Shown piece by piece: positions 26,875 to 33,717 of a stretch of 33,717 bases of DNA; position 1 is the first letter of the stretch, and the number at the start of each line of letters is the position of its first letter. This DNA comes from Chloroflexi bacterium TMED70 (GTDB lineage Bacteria; Chloroflexota; Dehalococcoidia; Lucifugimonadales; Lucifugimonadaceae): the NCBI GenBank assembly GCA_002171675.1, contig NHDX01000014.1:92750-126466 (forward strand). Direction: 5' to 3'. Made by a program: the position numbers and the translations under genes. Under the pieces are notes generated by a model. It was not told the DNA's origin. It ran no database searches and saw only the letters and a list, made by a program, of their open reading frames with translations.

Positions 26875-27873
26875 TTATGTTGTTGATTCTAGCCAGGGCA
26901 TCATAGCTCTCAGATCTTTACCAATTTTCTCAACTGGATGACTCAAATCTGCTTCTCTTAATTCGTTATATTTATGTAATCCTTCATCATTTTCTGCAAT
27001 CCACTCTCTTGCGAATCTACCGCTTTGGATATCATCTAAGACATTTTTCATTGATTGCTTAACAGAATCGTCGATTATTTTTGGACCCACTGTATAATCA
27101 CCATATTCGGCAGTTGTAGATACCGAGTACCTCATTCCTTCCAAACCACCTTGATAAATCAAATCTACTATGAGTTTTAACTCGTGCAGAACTTCAAAAT
27201 AGGCAGATTCAGGCTGATATCCAGCTTCTGTCAATACTTCGAATCCTGCTTTAATTAGTGCTGTTACCCCTCCACAAAGTACTGCTTGCTCTCCAAAAAG
27301 ATCTGTTTCAGTCTCTTCTTTAAAAGTAGTTTCTAATATTCCAGCTCTTCCTCCTCCAATACCTTTTCCATAAGCTAAAGCAGTTTCATAAGCTTTACCT
27401 GAAAAGTCCTGATCAACAGCTATCAAACATGGAACTCCTAAGTCTCTTTCAAAAACAGCTCTAACTCTATGTCCTGGGGCTTTTGGAGCAATCATAACAA
27501 CATCTACATTTTCAGGAGGCTTAATTTCTCCATAAAGAATTGCAAAACCATGGGCAAAAAGTAAAATATCGCCTTCCGACAGATTTTCTTCTATATCCTC
27601 ATTAAATACCTTTTTCATTGAGGGATCAGGGATACAAAGACTTATAAGTTGAGAGTTTTTTACAGCATCTGAAATGCTATATACTTCAAATCCATCATGT
27701 TCAGCTTGTTCTTTAGATTTAGATCCTTCATAAAGTCCTATAATCACATCAAATCCTGAATCTTTAAGATTTTGCGCATGAGCATGGCCTTGAGAGCCAT
27801 AACCAATAACAGAGATTCTTTTATCTCTTAGTATTTGATCGTCTATATCTTTGTCATAAAATAACTTTGCCAT
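26875..27873 (-). CDS. ilvC: Ketol-acid reductoisomerase (class I)
   Basis: 332 aa. Contains VIGYGSQGHAHAQNL, APKAPGH, LFGEQAVLCGG and EYGDY. An AGGAGA SD lies upstream. Confidence 0.97.
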   Translation of the reverse strand: MAKLFYDKDIDDQILRDKRISVIGYGSQGHAHAQNLKDSGFDVIIGLYEGSKSKEQAEHDGFEVYSISDAVKNSQLISLCIPDPSMKKVFNEDIEENLSEGDILLFAHGFAILYGEIKPPENVDVVMIAPKAPGHRVRAVFERDLGVPCLIAVDQDFSGKAYETALAYGKGIGGGRAGILETTFKEETETDLFGEQAVLCGGVTALIKAGFEVLTEAGYQPESAYFEVLHELKLIVDLIYQGGLEGMRYSVSTTAEYGDYTVGPKIIDDSVKQSMKNVLDDIQSGRFAREWIAENDEGLHKYNELREADLSHPVEKIGKDLRAMMPWLESTT

Positions 27874-27888
27874 TTTTTTCTCCTATTT

Positions 27889-28470
27889 TTATACTGATCC
27901 TGATTCATTTTCATCAGAAATGTATATATTTGATTGATTTGTTACACTAAATTCACCATCTTCTAAACCTACTTTTGTTGTACCTCTGAGAGTAGCAATT
28001 CTACCAGTTCGCATGATTTCTAATACTCCAAATTGATCCAATAGTTCTACAAAAGAATCTATCTTTGATTTACCTCCAGCAATTTCAAATGTCATATTAT
28101 TTATACCAACATCAACAACATTTACTCTAAAGATTTTAGATAGTTCTAATATTTCTACTCTTTGAGAAGGTTTACATGAAACCTTTATTAGAGCTAATTC
28201 TCTCCATACTGTATTTTTTTCACTTATATCTGAAGCTTCAACAACATCTATCAATTTATTTAATTGAGAAGAAATTTTCATTACAGAATTTTCAGAGCCT
28301 GCTACAACAAATGTCATTCTGGAAAATCCATCTTTTTCTGAATGCCCCACAGCCAAGCTTTCTATGTTTACACCTCTTCTTCTAAAGAGACCTGAAATTC
28401 TAGCTAAAACACCTGGCTTATCATGAACTAAAGCTATAATCGTTCTTCTATGTAGTCCGTCATTCATCAT
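27889..28470 (-). CDS. ilvN: Acetolactate synthase small (regulatory, ACT-domain) subunit
   Basis: 193 aa. HDKPGVLARISGLFRRRGVNIESLAVG is the AHAS small-subunit ACT motif. It overlaps ilvB by 4 nt and has a roughly 25-aa C-terminal extension. Confidence 0.93.
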   Translation of the reverse strand: MMNDGLHRRTIIALVHDKPGVLARISGLFRRRGVNIESLAVGHSEKDGFSRMTFVVAGSENSVMKISSQLNKLIDVVEASDISEKNTVWRELALIKVSCKPSQRVEILELSKIFRVNVVDVGINNMTFEIAGGKSKIDSFVELLDQFGVLEIMRTGRIATLRGTTKVGLEDGEFSVTNQSNIYISDENESGSV

Positions 28471-30176
28471 TTGTTTTTATCCTCCTCGATTAGCTGATCT
28501 ACACTTCCACCAGCAGGTATCATAGGATAAACATAATCTACTTTTTCTATAACAAAATCAACAATTACTGGTCCATCATGATTATTCGCTTCATTAATAG
28601 CAGATTGTAAATCATCTTGATTTTCAACCCTTATTCCTTTTATTCCATATGCTTCTGCAAGTTTTACAAAATCAGGATTACCTGTATATGTTTCTGCATT
28701 TCTTTTTCCTTGGTAAAACATATCCTGCCATTGGGTTATCATGCCTAAATGATTATTATTTAATATCGCATACTTAATAGGTAATTTATTTTCTGCAACA
28801 GTAGCTAATTCACCTATTGTCATTTGGAATCCACCATCACCACATATTGACCAAACCGTATCATCTGGTGATCCTACTTGTGCACCAATTGCACTTGGTA
28901 TTTCATAGCCCATAGTTCCTAATCCACCTGATGAAAGCCAAGTATTTGGTTTCGTAAATTCATAATGTTGAGCAGCCCACATTTGATGCTGTCCTACTCC
29001 AGTACAAATAATAGCATTACCCTTAGTAATGTCAGATAAAGTTTTTATTACCTGTTGTCCTAATAAACTATCTGATTCAGGTATTAAAAGAGAAGGATGT
29101 TCAGCTTTAATGTGCTCTACTTGTTTGAGCCAATCAGTATGATTTTGAGTATTAAGTTTTGGGTTTAATAAATTCAATACTTGGTCAATGTCACCTACAA
29201 CAGGTGCATCTATTTTAACTGTCTTATTAATTTCAGCAGGATCAATGTCAATATGAATTTTTTTAGAATTTTTACCAAATCTTTTTGCATTACCTACAAT
29301 TCGATCATCAAATCTAGATCCTATACCGATTATTAGATCTGCTTCATCAAGAGCTATGGATGCATAAGCCATTCCATGCATACCAGGAAATCCGGCAGAC
29401 AAAATGTGATCTTCAGGGAAAGAAGAAATCCCAAGTAAGGTTGTCACAACAGGTATTTGACATCTTTCAGCCAATTCTAAAAGCCTTTCTTGAGCTCTAG
29501 AAATAATAACTCCATGCCCTGCAAGTATTACAGGTTTTTTTGATTCATTTATTAGCTCTATAGCTTTCTCTATTTGTGATTCATCAATTTCTGGATAAGG
29601 TTTATATCCTGGTAAATTAATTTTTGAATCTTTTTTATAGTTATAATCTGATAATTCTTCAAAAACGTCTTTAGGTATATCGATTAAAACAGGACCTGGT
29701 CTACCTGTTTTTGCAATATAAAAGGCTTCATGAATTATTGGACCTATATCCGATGCTTTCATAACTAAATAGTTATGTTTAGTAACTGGCAAAGTAGCTC
29801 CAGTTATATCAGTTTCTTGAAAAGCATCTGTTCCAATAGCAGGTCTTCCTACTTGACCTGTTATAGCAACAACAGGAACAGAATCCATCATTGCAGTAGC
29901 TAAGCCTGTGATTAAATTTGTTGCTCCTGGACCTGAAGTAGCAAATGCTACTCCAACTTTTCCAGTAGTTCTTGAATATCCATCAGCAGCATGACATGCA
30001 CCTTGCTCATGCCTGGTTAATATATGCCTTATTTCAGGAAAATTATTTAATGTTCCATACAAAGGCAAAATTGCTCCACCAGGAATGCCAAAGACTGTAT
30101 CGACACCCTCTTTTATTAGAGCTTTACAAACTATTTCACTTCCTTTGAATAAATCTTTTTTCATGAAATTCTCCAT
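28467..30176 (-). CDS. ilvB: Acetolactate synthase large (catalytic, ThDP) subunit
   Basis: 569 aa. Contains GIPGGAILPLY, HEQGACHAADGYSR, the ThDP motif GDGGFQM...NN and GLGTMGY. The true start may be the second ATG at 30164, which has a GGAG 6 nt upstream. Confidence 0.96.
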   Translation of the reverse strand: MENFMKKDLFKGSEIVCKALIKEGVDTVFGIPGGAILPLYGTLNNFPEIRHILTRHEQGACHAADGYSRTTGKVGVAFATSGPGATNLITGLATAMMDSVPVVAITGQVGRPAIGTDAFQETDITGATLPVTKHNYLVMKASDIGPIIHEAFYIAKTGRPGPVLIDIPKDVFEELSDYNYKKDSKINLPGYKPYPEIDESQIEKAIELINESKKPVILAGHGVIISRAQERLLELAERCQIPVVTTLLGISSFPEDHILSAGFPGMHGMAYASIALDEADLIIGIGSRFDDRIVGNAKRFGKNSKKIHIDIDPAEINKTVKIDAPVVGDIDQVLNLLNPKLNTQNHTDWLKQVEHIKAEHPSLLIPESDSLLGQQVIKTLSDITKGNAIICTGVGQHQMWAAQHYEFTKPNTWLSSGGLGTMGYEIPSAIGAQVGSPDDTVWSICGDGGFQMTIGELATVAENKLPIKYAILNNNHLGMITQWQDMFYQGKRNAETYTGNPDFVKLAEAYGIKGIRVENQDDLQSAINEANNHDGPVIVDFVIEKVDYVYPMIPAGGSVDQLIEEDKNK

Positions 30177-30186
30177 TAATTTAATT

Positions 30187-30211
30187 AAAAAAACTCGCCC
30201 AAAAGGACGAG
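30187..30211 (-). terminator. Intrinsic terminator of the T-box leader
   Basis: On the minus strand: CUCGUCC-UUUU-GGGCGAG (7-bp stem with one G-U pair) followed by U7. It ends 10 nt before the first ilvB ATG. Its 5' arm directly abuts the 3' end of the T-box sequence (GGUACCGCGGGUAAU-CUCGUCC), as expected for a terminator that competes with an antiterminator. Confidence 0.8.
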
Positions 30212-30405
30212 ATTACCCGCGGTACCACCTTAATTGCACTTTTTGTGCCTCTTATTTAAACTTATCGTAGTTTTCAACGTTTCTTCTTACTAATTTCAGA
30301 AGAACCACTCCTAGGCGAGTTCATTAATCTTTAATATTGATTTTCAGAAGCCATCAACTCTCTTTTACAGTTAGAAAAGAATTAATTACTACTCCTATTC
30401 ATAGC
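30187..30405 (-). promoter_or_regulatory. T-box riboswitch leader with inferred CUC (Leu) specifier, controlling the ilv-leu operon
   Basis: All elements read on the minus strand.
- Canonical T-box sequence AAUUAAGGUGGUACCGCGGG (plus 30216..30237).
- Terminator hairpin plus U7 directly downstream.
- Stem I helix AUUAAU(U)CUUU (30376..30386) pairing with AAAGAUUAAU (30323..30332).
- AGAGAG bulge motif (30358..30363).
- 5' AGUAGUA and 3' GAA-CUC-G internal loop closed by UAGG/CCUA.
- GA-rich K-turn-like base (AUGAA / GGAG). Confidence 0.8.
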
Positions 30406-30465
30406 GTTCATTCTATTATATAACTATATAGATCAAATAGCTATTAATCTGATAAATTACACCTA

Positions 30466-31341
30466 ATGAAAATAAATAAATTAGATAATAATAATAATCA
30501 ACAAAAAAGAGCTTTTTTCAACTTTATTTCTAAGCTTGATAATCATGGATATACTTCGTTCCCTAAAGATTATAATGTTTTCAAAAAACTTATAGATAAT
30601 ACAAAACCTGAAATTTTTATAATCTATGACAAGGAATCTATAATAAATTATTTTTATATAGTTGATGAAAATTTAATAAATAGAACAATAATTCAAACAT
30701 ACGATACTAATCATCTATTTAGTTTTGAAGAAATCAAAAAAAACTTAGATTTTTCTAACTCTATTGAGATTGGTGTTAGAGATAGTGAGAATAACAAACC
30801 TAAATCAAAAATAAAATTTAATGTATCTAATACTTATAATTTCATGGAGTTAAAAAAAGAAAATCTAGTTGATGTTAAAAATAATTTCAACAAAAACAAT
30901 TATCAGAAAAAATTATTTGATATAAAAAGTGATCTTGAAAACCTAACTAATATTCAAAATGAATGCTTTGAAAATCATCACGGCTATCAAAAAAATAATC
31001 CTGATGAAATAAAAAAAGAATTAGATTTACTTAATTCTGATAATGAGAGTTATTACATATTAGGAATCATAGATAAAAATCAAAAATGGGTGGGTTACTC
31101 ATGGTCAAACTATAACTTAAATTCGAAAGCAGCTAAATTATCAATGTGTGGTTCGGTAAAGAATCATAGAAATAATGGAGTTGCAACAGAAGCTATTAAA
31201 TCTTCAATAAACCACTTGTTTAAAATAGGTTGTGAAAAAATTCAACTCGAAGTTGATCATAAAAATAACTCAGCAAAAAAAATATACTTAGAAATGGGAT
31301 TTGAAATTTATGATAATTTAAGGTGGTATGAAATTATATAA
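30466..31341 (+). CDS. GNAT-family N-acetyltransferase (about 290 aa; two-lobed, MshD-like size; substrate unknown)
   Basis: 291 aa. The C-terminal acetyl-CoA motif region VKNHRNNGVATEAIKSSINHLFKIGCEKIQLEVDHKNNSAKKIYLEMGFE follows the Q/R-x-x-G-x-A/G GNAT pattern. The N-terminal half is divergent. Confidence 0.7.
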   Translation: MKINKLDNNNNQQKRAFFNFISKLDNHGYTSFPKDYNVFKKLIDNTKPEIFIIYDKESIINYFYIVDENLINRTIIQTYDTNHLFSFEEIKKNLDFSNSIEIGVRDSENNKPKSKIKFNVSNTYNFMELKKENLVDVKNNFNKNNYQKKLFDIKSDLENLTNIQNECFENHHGYQKNNPDEIKKELDLLNSDNESYYILGIIDKNQKWVGYSWSNYNLNSKAAKLSMCGSVKNHRNNGVATEAIKSSINHLFKIGCEKIQLEVDHKNNSAKKIYLEMGFEIYDNLRWYEII

Positions 31342-32458
31342 ATTTATTGAAAGTTTTTTCTAAAACTGAATTCCATTCAAGGTTTTTTATTATATCTAAA
31401 TTATTCACTTTATATGTTTCTTCTTTTTGAAAAAACATCTCCAATTTATCTGCAAAATTCTCAGGAGTGATGTCTTCAGCTAGAATTCCATATTTCCCAT
31501 CTTCAAGAATATCTTTCATTCTGCCGACTTGTGATGCTAATACAGGGGTTTGAGTGGCTGAAGCTTCTAAACACACCAAACCAAAAGTTTCAGATCTAGA
31601 AGGAATCATGACAATATCTGCAGCATTGTAACAATAATTTAATTCTTTTTGAGATAATGATCCAAGCCAAACAACAGAGTCAGAAATTTTCATTTTATCT
31701 AATTCTTTGATTAGTTTTTTTTGCTCTTTAGATCCTACATCTCCTCCTACTATCAAAAGTTTATAATTTTTATTATTTTTATTTGATAAATTAATCACTT
31801 CAATAGCTATATCTAAACCCTTAAGATAATCTAGCCTTCCAACAAAAAGTATAAGTTTTTCATTTTGATATAAATCTAAATAATTTCTAGCTTTAACTTT
31901 GGGAATAGAATAAAATACATCATCTTTATAACCAGGAGTTGATTCGATAATTTGAGAAGTTTTATAACCATATTCACTTAATAAAACTTCTTTTTCTAGG
32001 TCTGAAAAAGCTAAAACATAATCAAAAAAATCATAAAACTTTTTCTCTTCTTCAAATCTTTTATTATCAATTTTATATTGTTCGTTATGAATTTTTTTTA
32101 GAAATTCTAGAGTATGTGATATGTTGATTTTGGGGATATCAGATGAATCAAAAAAATCCTTTGCAAAGGTTCCAGATGTCCAATAATTTGAAATAAGTAA
32201 ATCAGTCTCATTTTTTATAGATTCTATTTCTTCGCTGGATTTATCTAAATTATTTATATGAATAATTTTAAGATTTTCTTTATCTTCTAATTCACAATAT
32301 TCGTGAGAACTAGTAATAAATATAATTTTGTGATTTTTAGATAATAGAAAAGTTATAAGATTATCAACATAAATATTAAGACCACCAGCATTACCAATAC
32401 CAATTTTTTGACCAAAACAAGAATGAATTGAAAGAATTGTAATGGTTTTTTCCATCAT
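31334..32458 (-). CDS. GT4 glycosyltransferase, MshA-like N-terminal motif
   Basis: 374 aa. SIHSCFGQKIGIGNAGGLNIYVDNL resembles the MshA/SPS-type S-x-H-x...G-x-x-D-x-GG-M-N-V-Y-V loop. The C-terminal PSRSETFGLVCLEASATQTPVLAS is the GT4 E-x7-E motif. Confidence 0.75.
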   Translation of the reverse strand: MMEKTITILSIHSCFGQKIGIGNAGGLNIYVDNLITFLLSKNHKIIFITSSHEYCELEDKENLKIIHINNLDKSSEEIESIKNETDLLISNYWTSGTFAKDFFDSSDIPKINISHTLEFLKKIHNEQYKIDNKRFEEEKKFYDFFDYVLAFSDLEKEVLLSEYGYKTSQIIESTPGYKDDVFYSIPKVKARNYLDLYQNEKLILFVGRLDYLKGLDIAIEVINLSNKNNKNYKLLIVGGDVGSKEQKKLIKELDKMKISDSVVWLGSLSQKELNYCYNAADIVMIPSRSETFGLVCLEASATQTPVLASQVGRMKDILEDGKYGILAEDITPENFADKLEMFFQKEETYKVNNLDIIKNLEWNSVLEKTFNKFI

Positions 32459-33399
32459 TTTCTTTCCAGTAATATAGAATAAACTTTTTTGTCTATTCCT
32501 CCTAAATCATACTTATATCTTTCATTTCCTCTCATAAAATCAAAAATTTTATACTTATTCTCTATAGATCTTTTAATAGCAAACAAATGATTAATTAAGC
32601 CAGTTGAATGTTTTATATATTCTGGATCGAATCCTGAATTATACAAATATCTAATATTGTTTTGTGAAAAGGATATCGAGCATGCTACAGTTTGATTTTC
32701 AATTTTCAAATAAGAATATAGTAGATTATTTTCAGATAAAAATTTGTATATCAGTTCCTTAAAAAACTTCTCTCTATCATTATTCATAAATATATTTTTT
32801 TCATTAGAACTAAGTCTATGTAATCGAATGAAATCTTCAAATATTTCTTCAAAATTATCTATCGAATTATGATCTCCTGAAGTATATTCAAAGTTTTCTT
32901 CAAAACGTCTTATTTTTCTTTTGATCTCATGCCTTCTTTTTTTACTTAAATTCATAAGATATTCTTCCCAAGTTTCTGGGAGTAAAAGATATGGAGAAAC
33001 ATCTTCTTCTTCTATATTCACATCGTATAAATTTTCTAATTCACTATTTCTGAAGTTTGAAAAGAAATCAGAATCTTCACTTATTGAATATAAGGATAAT
33101 TTTGATATTTTAGTTTGAAAAATCTTATTTAATAAATCTAAAAAATCTTCTATATTATTATTTTTAGAAAGAAGATTATTATAGTCAACTACATCTTTAT
33201 CACCTATAAATGTTGCATGATCTTTCAAAATCTTTATGGGGATAAAAAAATTCTGATTATATACAAGCTGATAGTTATAGTTTTTATCAAAATTATTAAC
33301 CCAAATTTTTTTCCATGAAAATTTGTCAAAAGGAGTTATATCTATAGACTTTGATTCAAAATCTTCCCATTTATTAATATCTAATTCCTCAAATTTCAA
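32455..33399 (-). CDS. CelD/BioF2-like (FemAB-related GNAT-fold) acyltransferase
   Basis: 314 aa. The C-terminal FDFMRGNERYKYDLGG matches the FDFxRGxExYKxxWG signature of the CelD-like acetyltransferase family. It overlaps the downstream GT4 by 4 nt. Confidence 0.65.
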   Translation of the reverse strand: MKFEELDINKWEDFESKSIDITPFDKFSWKKIWVNNFDKNYNYQLVYNQNFFIPIKILKDHATFIGDKDVVDYNNLLSKNNNIEDFLDLLNKIFQTKISKLSLYSISEDSDFFSNFRNSELENLYDVNIEEEDVSPYLLLPETWEEYLMNLSKKRRHEIKRKIRRFEENFEYTSGDHNSIDNFEEIFEDFIRLHRLSSNEKNIFMNNDREKFFKELIYKFLSENNLLYSYLKIENQTVACSISFSQNNIRYLYNSGFDPEYIKHSTGLINHLFAIKRSIENKYKIFDFMRGNERYKYDLGGIDKKVYSILLERK

Positions 33400-33401
33400 T
33401 C

Positions 33402-33716
33402 TTAAAACATCCTTTTGAAAATATTGGTTGATGATCCACTTAGAATTGCTTTTTTAATTGATTCAGAACTAGAACTTGTTTTTATGATTTTAGATTTAAG
33501 ATATTTCTGAGCATTTTCAGGATCTTTCAAACCATTTCCTGTCAATATACAAACTATTTTTTTATTTTTTACATCAAGTCCATTATTAATCTTTTTCAAT
33601 AAGCCTGCAAAAGAAGCTGCAGATGCTGGCTCACAAAAAATACCTTCATGTTTAGCAATAAGAGACTGTGCGGATATAATTTCTTCATCAGAAACTTTGA
33701 GAAATTCACCTTGAGA
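33402..33716 (-). CDS. thrC: Threonine synthase, C-terminal part (5' end outside the window)
   Basis: The track shows only an internal TTG-initiated 65-aa piece. The same frame stays open to the window edge: ...SQGEFLKVSDEEIISAQSLIAKHEGIFCEPASAASFAGLLKKINNGLDVKNKKIVCILTGNGLKDPENA... The EGIFCEPASAA and VCILTGNGLKDP motifs are typical ThrC C-terminal motifs. Confidence 0.8.
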   Translation of the reverse strand, partial: SQGEFLKVSDEEIISAQSLIAKHEGIFCEPASAASFAGLLKKINNGLDVKNKKIVCILTGNGLKDPENAQKYLKSKIIKTSSSSESIKKAILSGSSTNIFKRMF

Positions 33717-33717
33717 A

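Noticed and set aside
30164-30176. Ambiguity in the ilvB start codon (ATG at 30176 versus ATG at 30164).
   Set aside because: This is not a finding in itself. The second ATG has the better SD (GGAG 6 nt upstream), but both are compatible with the T-box terminator position. It is recorded in the feature evidence only.
30085-30270. 61-aa plus-strand ORF spanning the ilvB 5' end and the leader region.
   Set aside because: It runs antisense to the ilvB start and to the T-box/terminator. The region is fully explained by the riboswitch on the minus strand.
30382-30411. Possible leader-peptide attenuator for ilv-leu, from a minus-strand mini-ORF MNAMNRSSN.
   Set aside because: The 9-codon ORF contains no Leu, Ile or Val codons, so it cannot sense BCAA supply. 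The conserved T-box sequence explains the leader better.
30406-30465. Sigma-70-type promoter for the ilv-leu operon: minus-strand TTGATC and TATAAT-like hexamers.
   Set aside because: The TTGATC and TATAAT hexamers are only about 10 nt apart. With 17-nt spacing the -35 would be a poor TAGCTA. In DNA this AT-rich, TATAAT-like strings occur by chance, so I could not place a promoter with any confidence.
1-33717. Scan for CRISPR arrays, IS elements or transposases, integrases, phage genes, toxin-antitoxin pairs, restriction-modification or other defence modules, and tRNA/rRNA genes.
   Set aside because: There are no direct-repeat/spacer arrays, and no ORFs with transposase, integrase, recombinase or nuclease/ATPase defence-type motifs. 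Apart from the T-box leader, the intergenic gaps are at most about 110 nt and none looked like a tRNA. The window appears to be core chromosome.

Overview
This is an AT-rich (roughly 30% GC by eye), very gene-dense bacterial chromosomal segment made up almost entirely of housekeeping genes. All calls rest on motif recognition in the supplied translations and on reading the DNA; no searches were run.

Gene content, left to right:
- A partial YgfZ/GcvT-like gene, an A-type Fe-S carrier and a PduO-type corrinoid adenosyltransferase.
- hisH-hisA-hisF-(HAD)-hisIE.
- DUF1385 and rplU-rpmA-rpmE.
- gyrA-(flavin reductase)-(GT4 glycosyltransferase).
- A GATase-like protein with no catalytic triad, and an IMPase-family protein.
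- A DUF3090 / SCO1664-type kinase-like pair.
- Citramalate synthase and a JAMM/MPN protein.
- A frameshifted MhpD-like hydratase plus an enolase-superfamily enzyme.
- An approximately 11.5 kb minus-strand block: ilvB-ilvN-ilvC-leuA-leuC-(membrane ORF)-leuD-leuB-(S45 Ntn acylase).
- A GNAT, an MshA-like GT4, a CelD/FemAB-like acyltransferase and a partial thrC.

I found no tRNA or rRNA genes, CRISPR arrays, transposases, integrases or recognisable defence genes.

The best-supported non-coding feature is a T-box riboswitch with a CUC (Leu) specifier and an intrinsic terminator, lying in the 289-nt gap upstream of ilvB.

Other observations worth a second look:
- Two non-BCAA genes sit inside or at the end of the T-box-controlled operon.
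- An 80% GC perfect palindrome lies just upstream of gyrA.
- GyrA has Ala at the quinolone-bridge acidic position and a tandem-repeated acidic tail.
- An A10 tract splits the hydratase gene.
- All five convergent gene junctions overlap or nearly touch.

The DUF3090/SCO1664 pair, the MshA-like GT4, the JAMM protein and the IMPase suggest a streamlined low-GC Actinobacteria-like (Terrabacteria) lineage, but this is inference only.

I do not see a convincing self-contained novel multi-gene system. The uncharacterised candidates are listed as findings with moderate scores.
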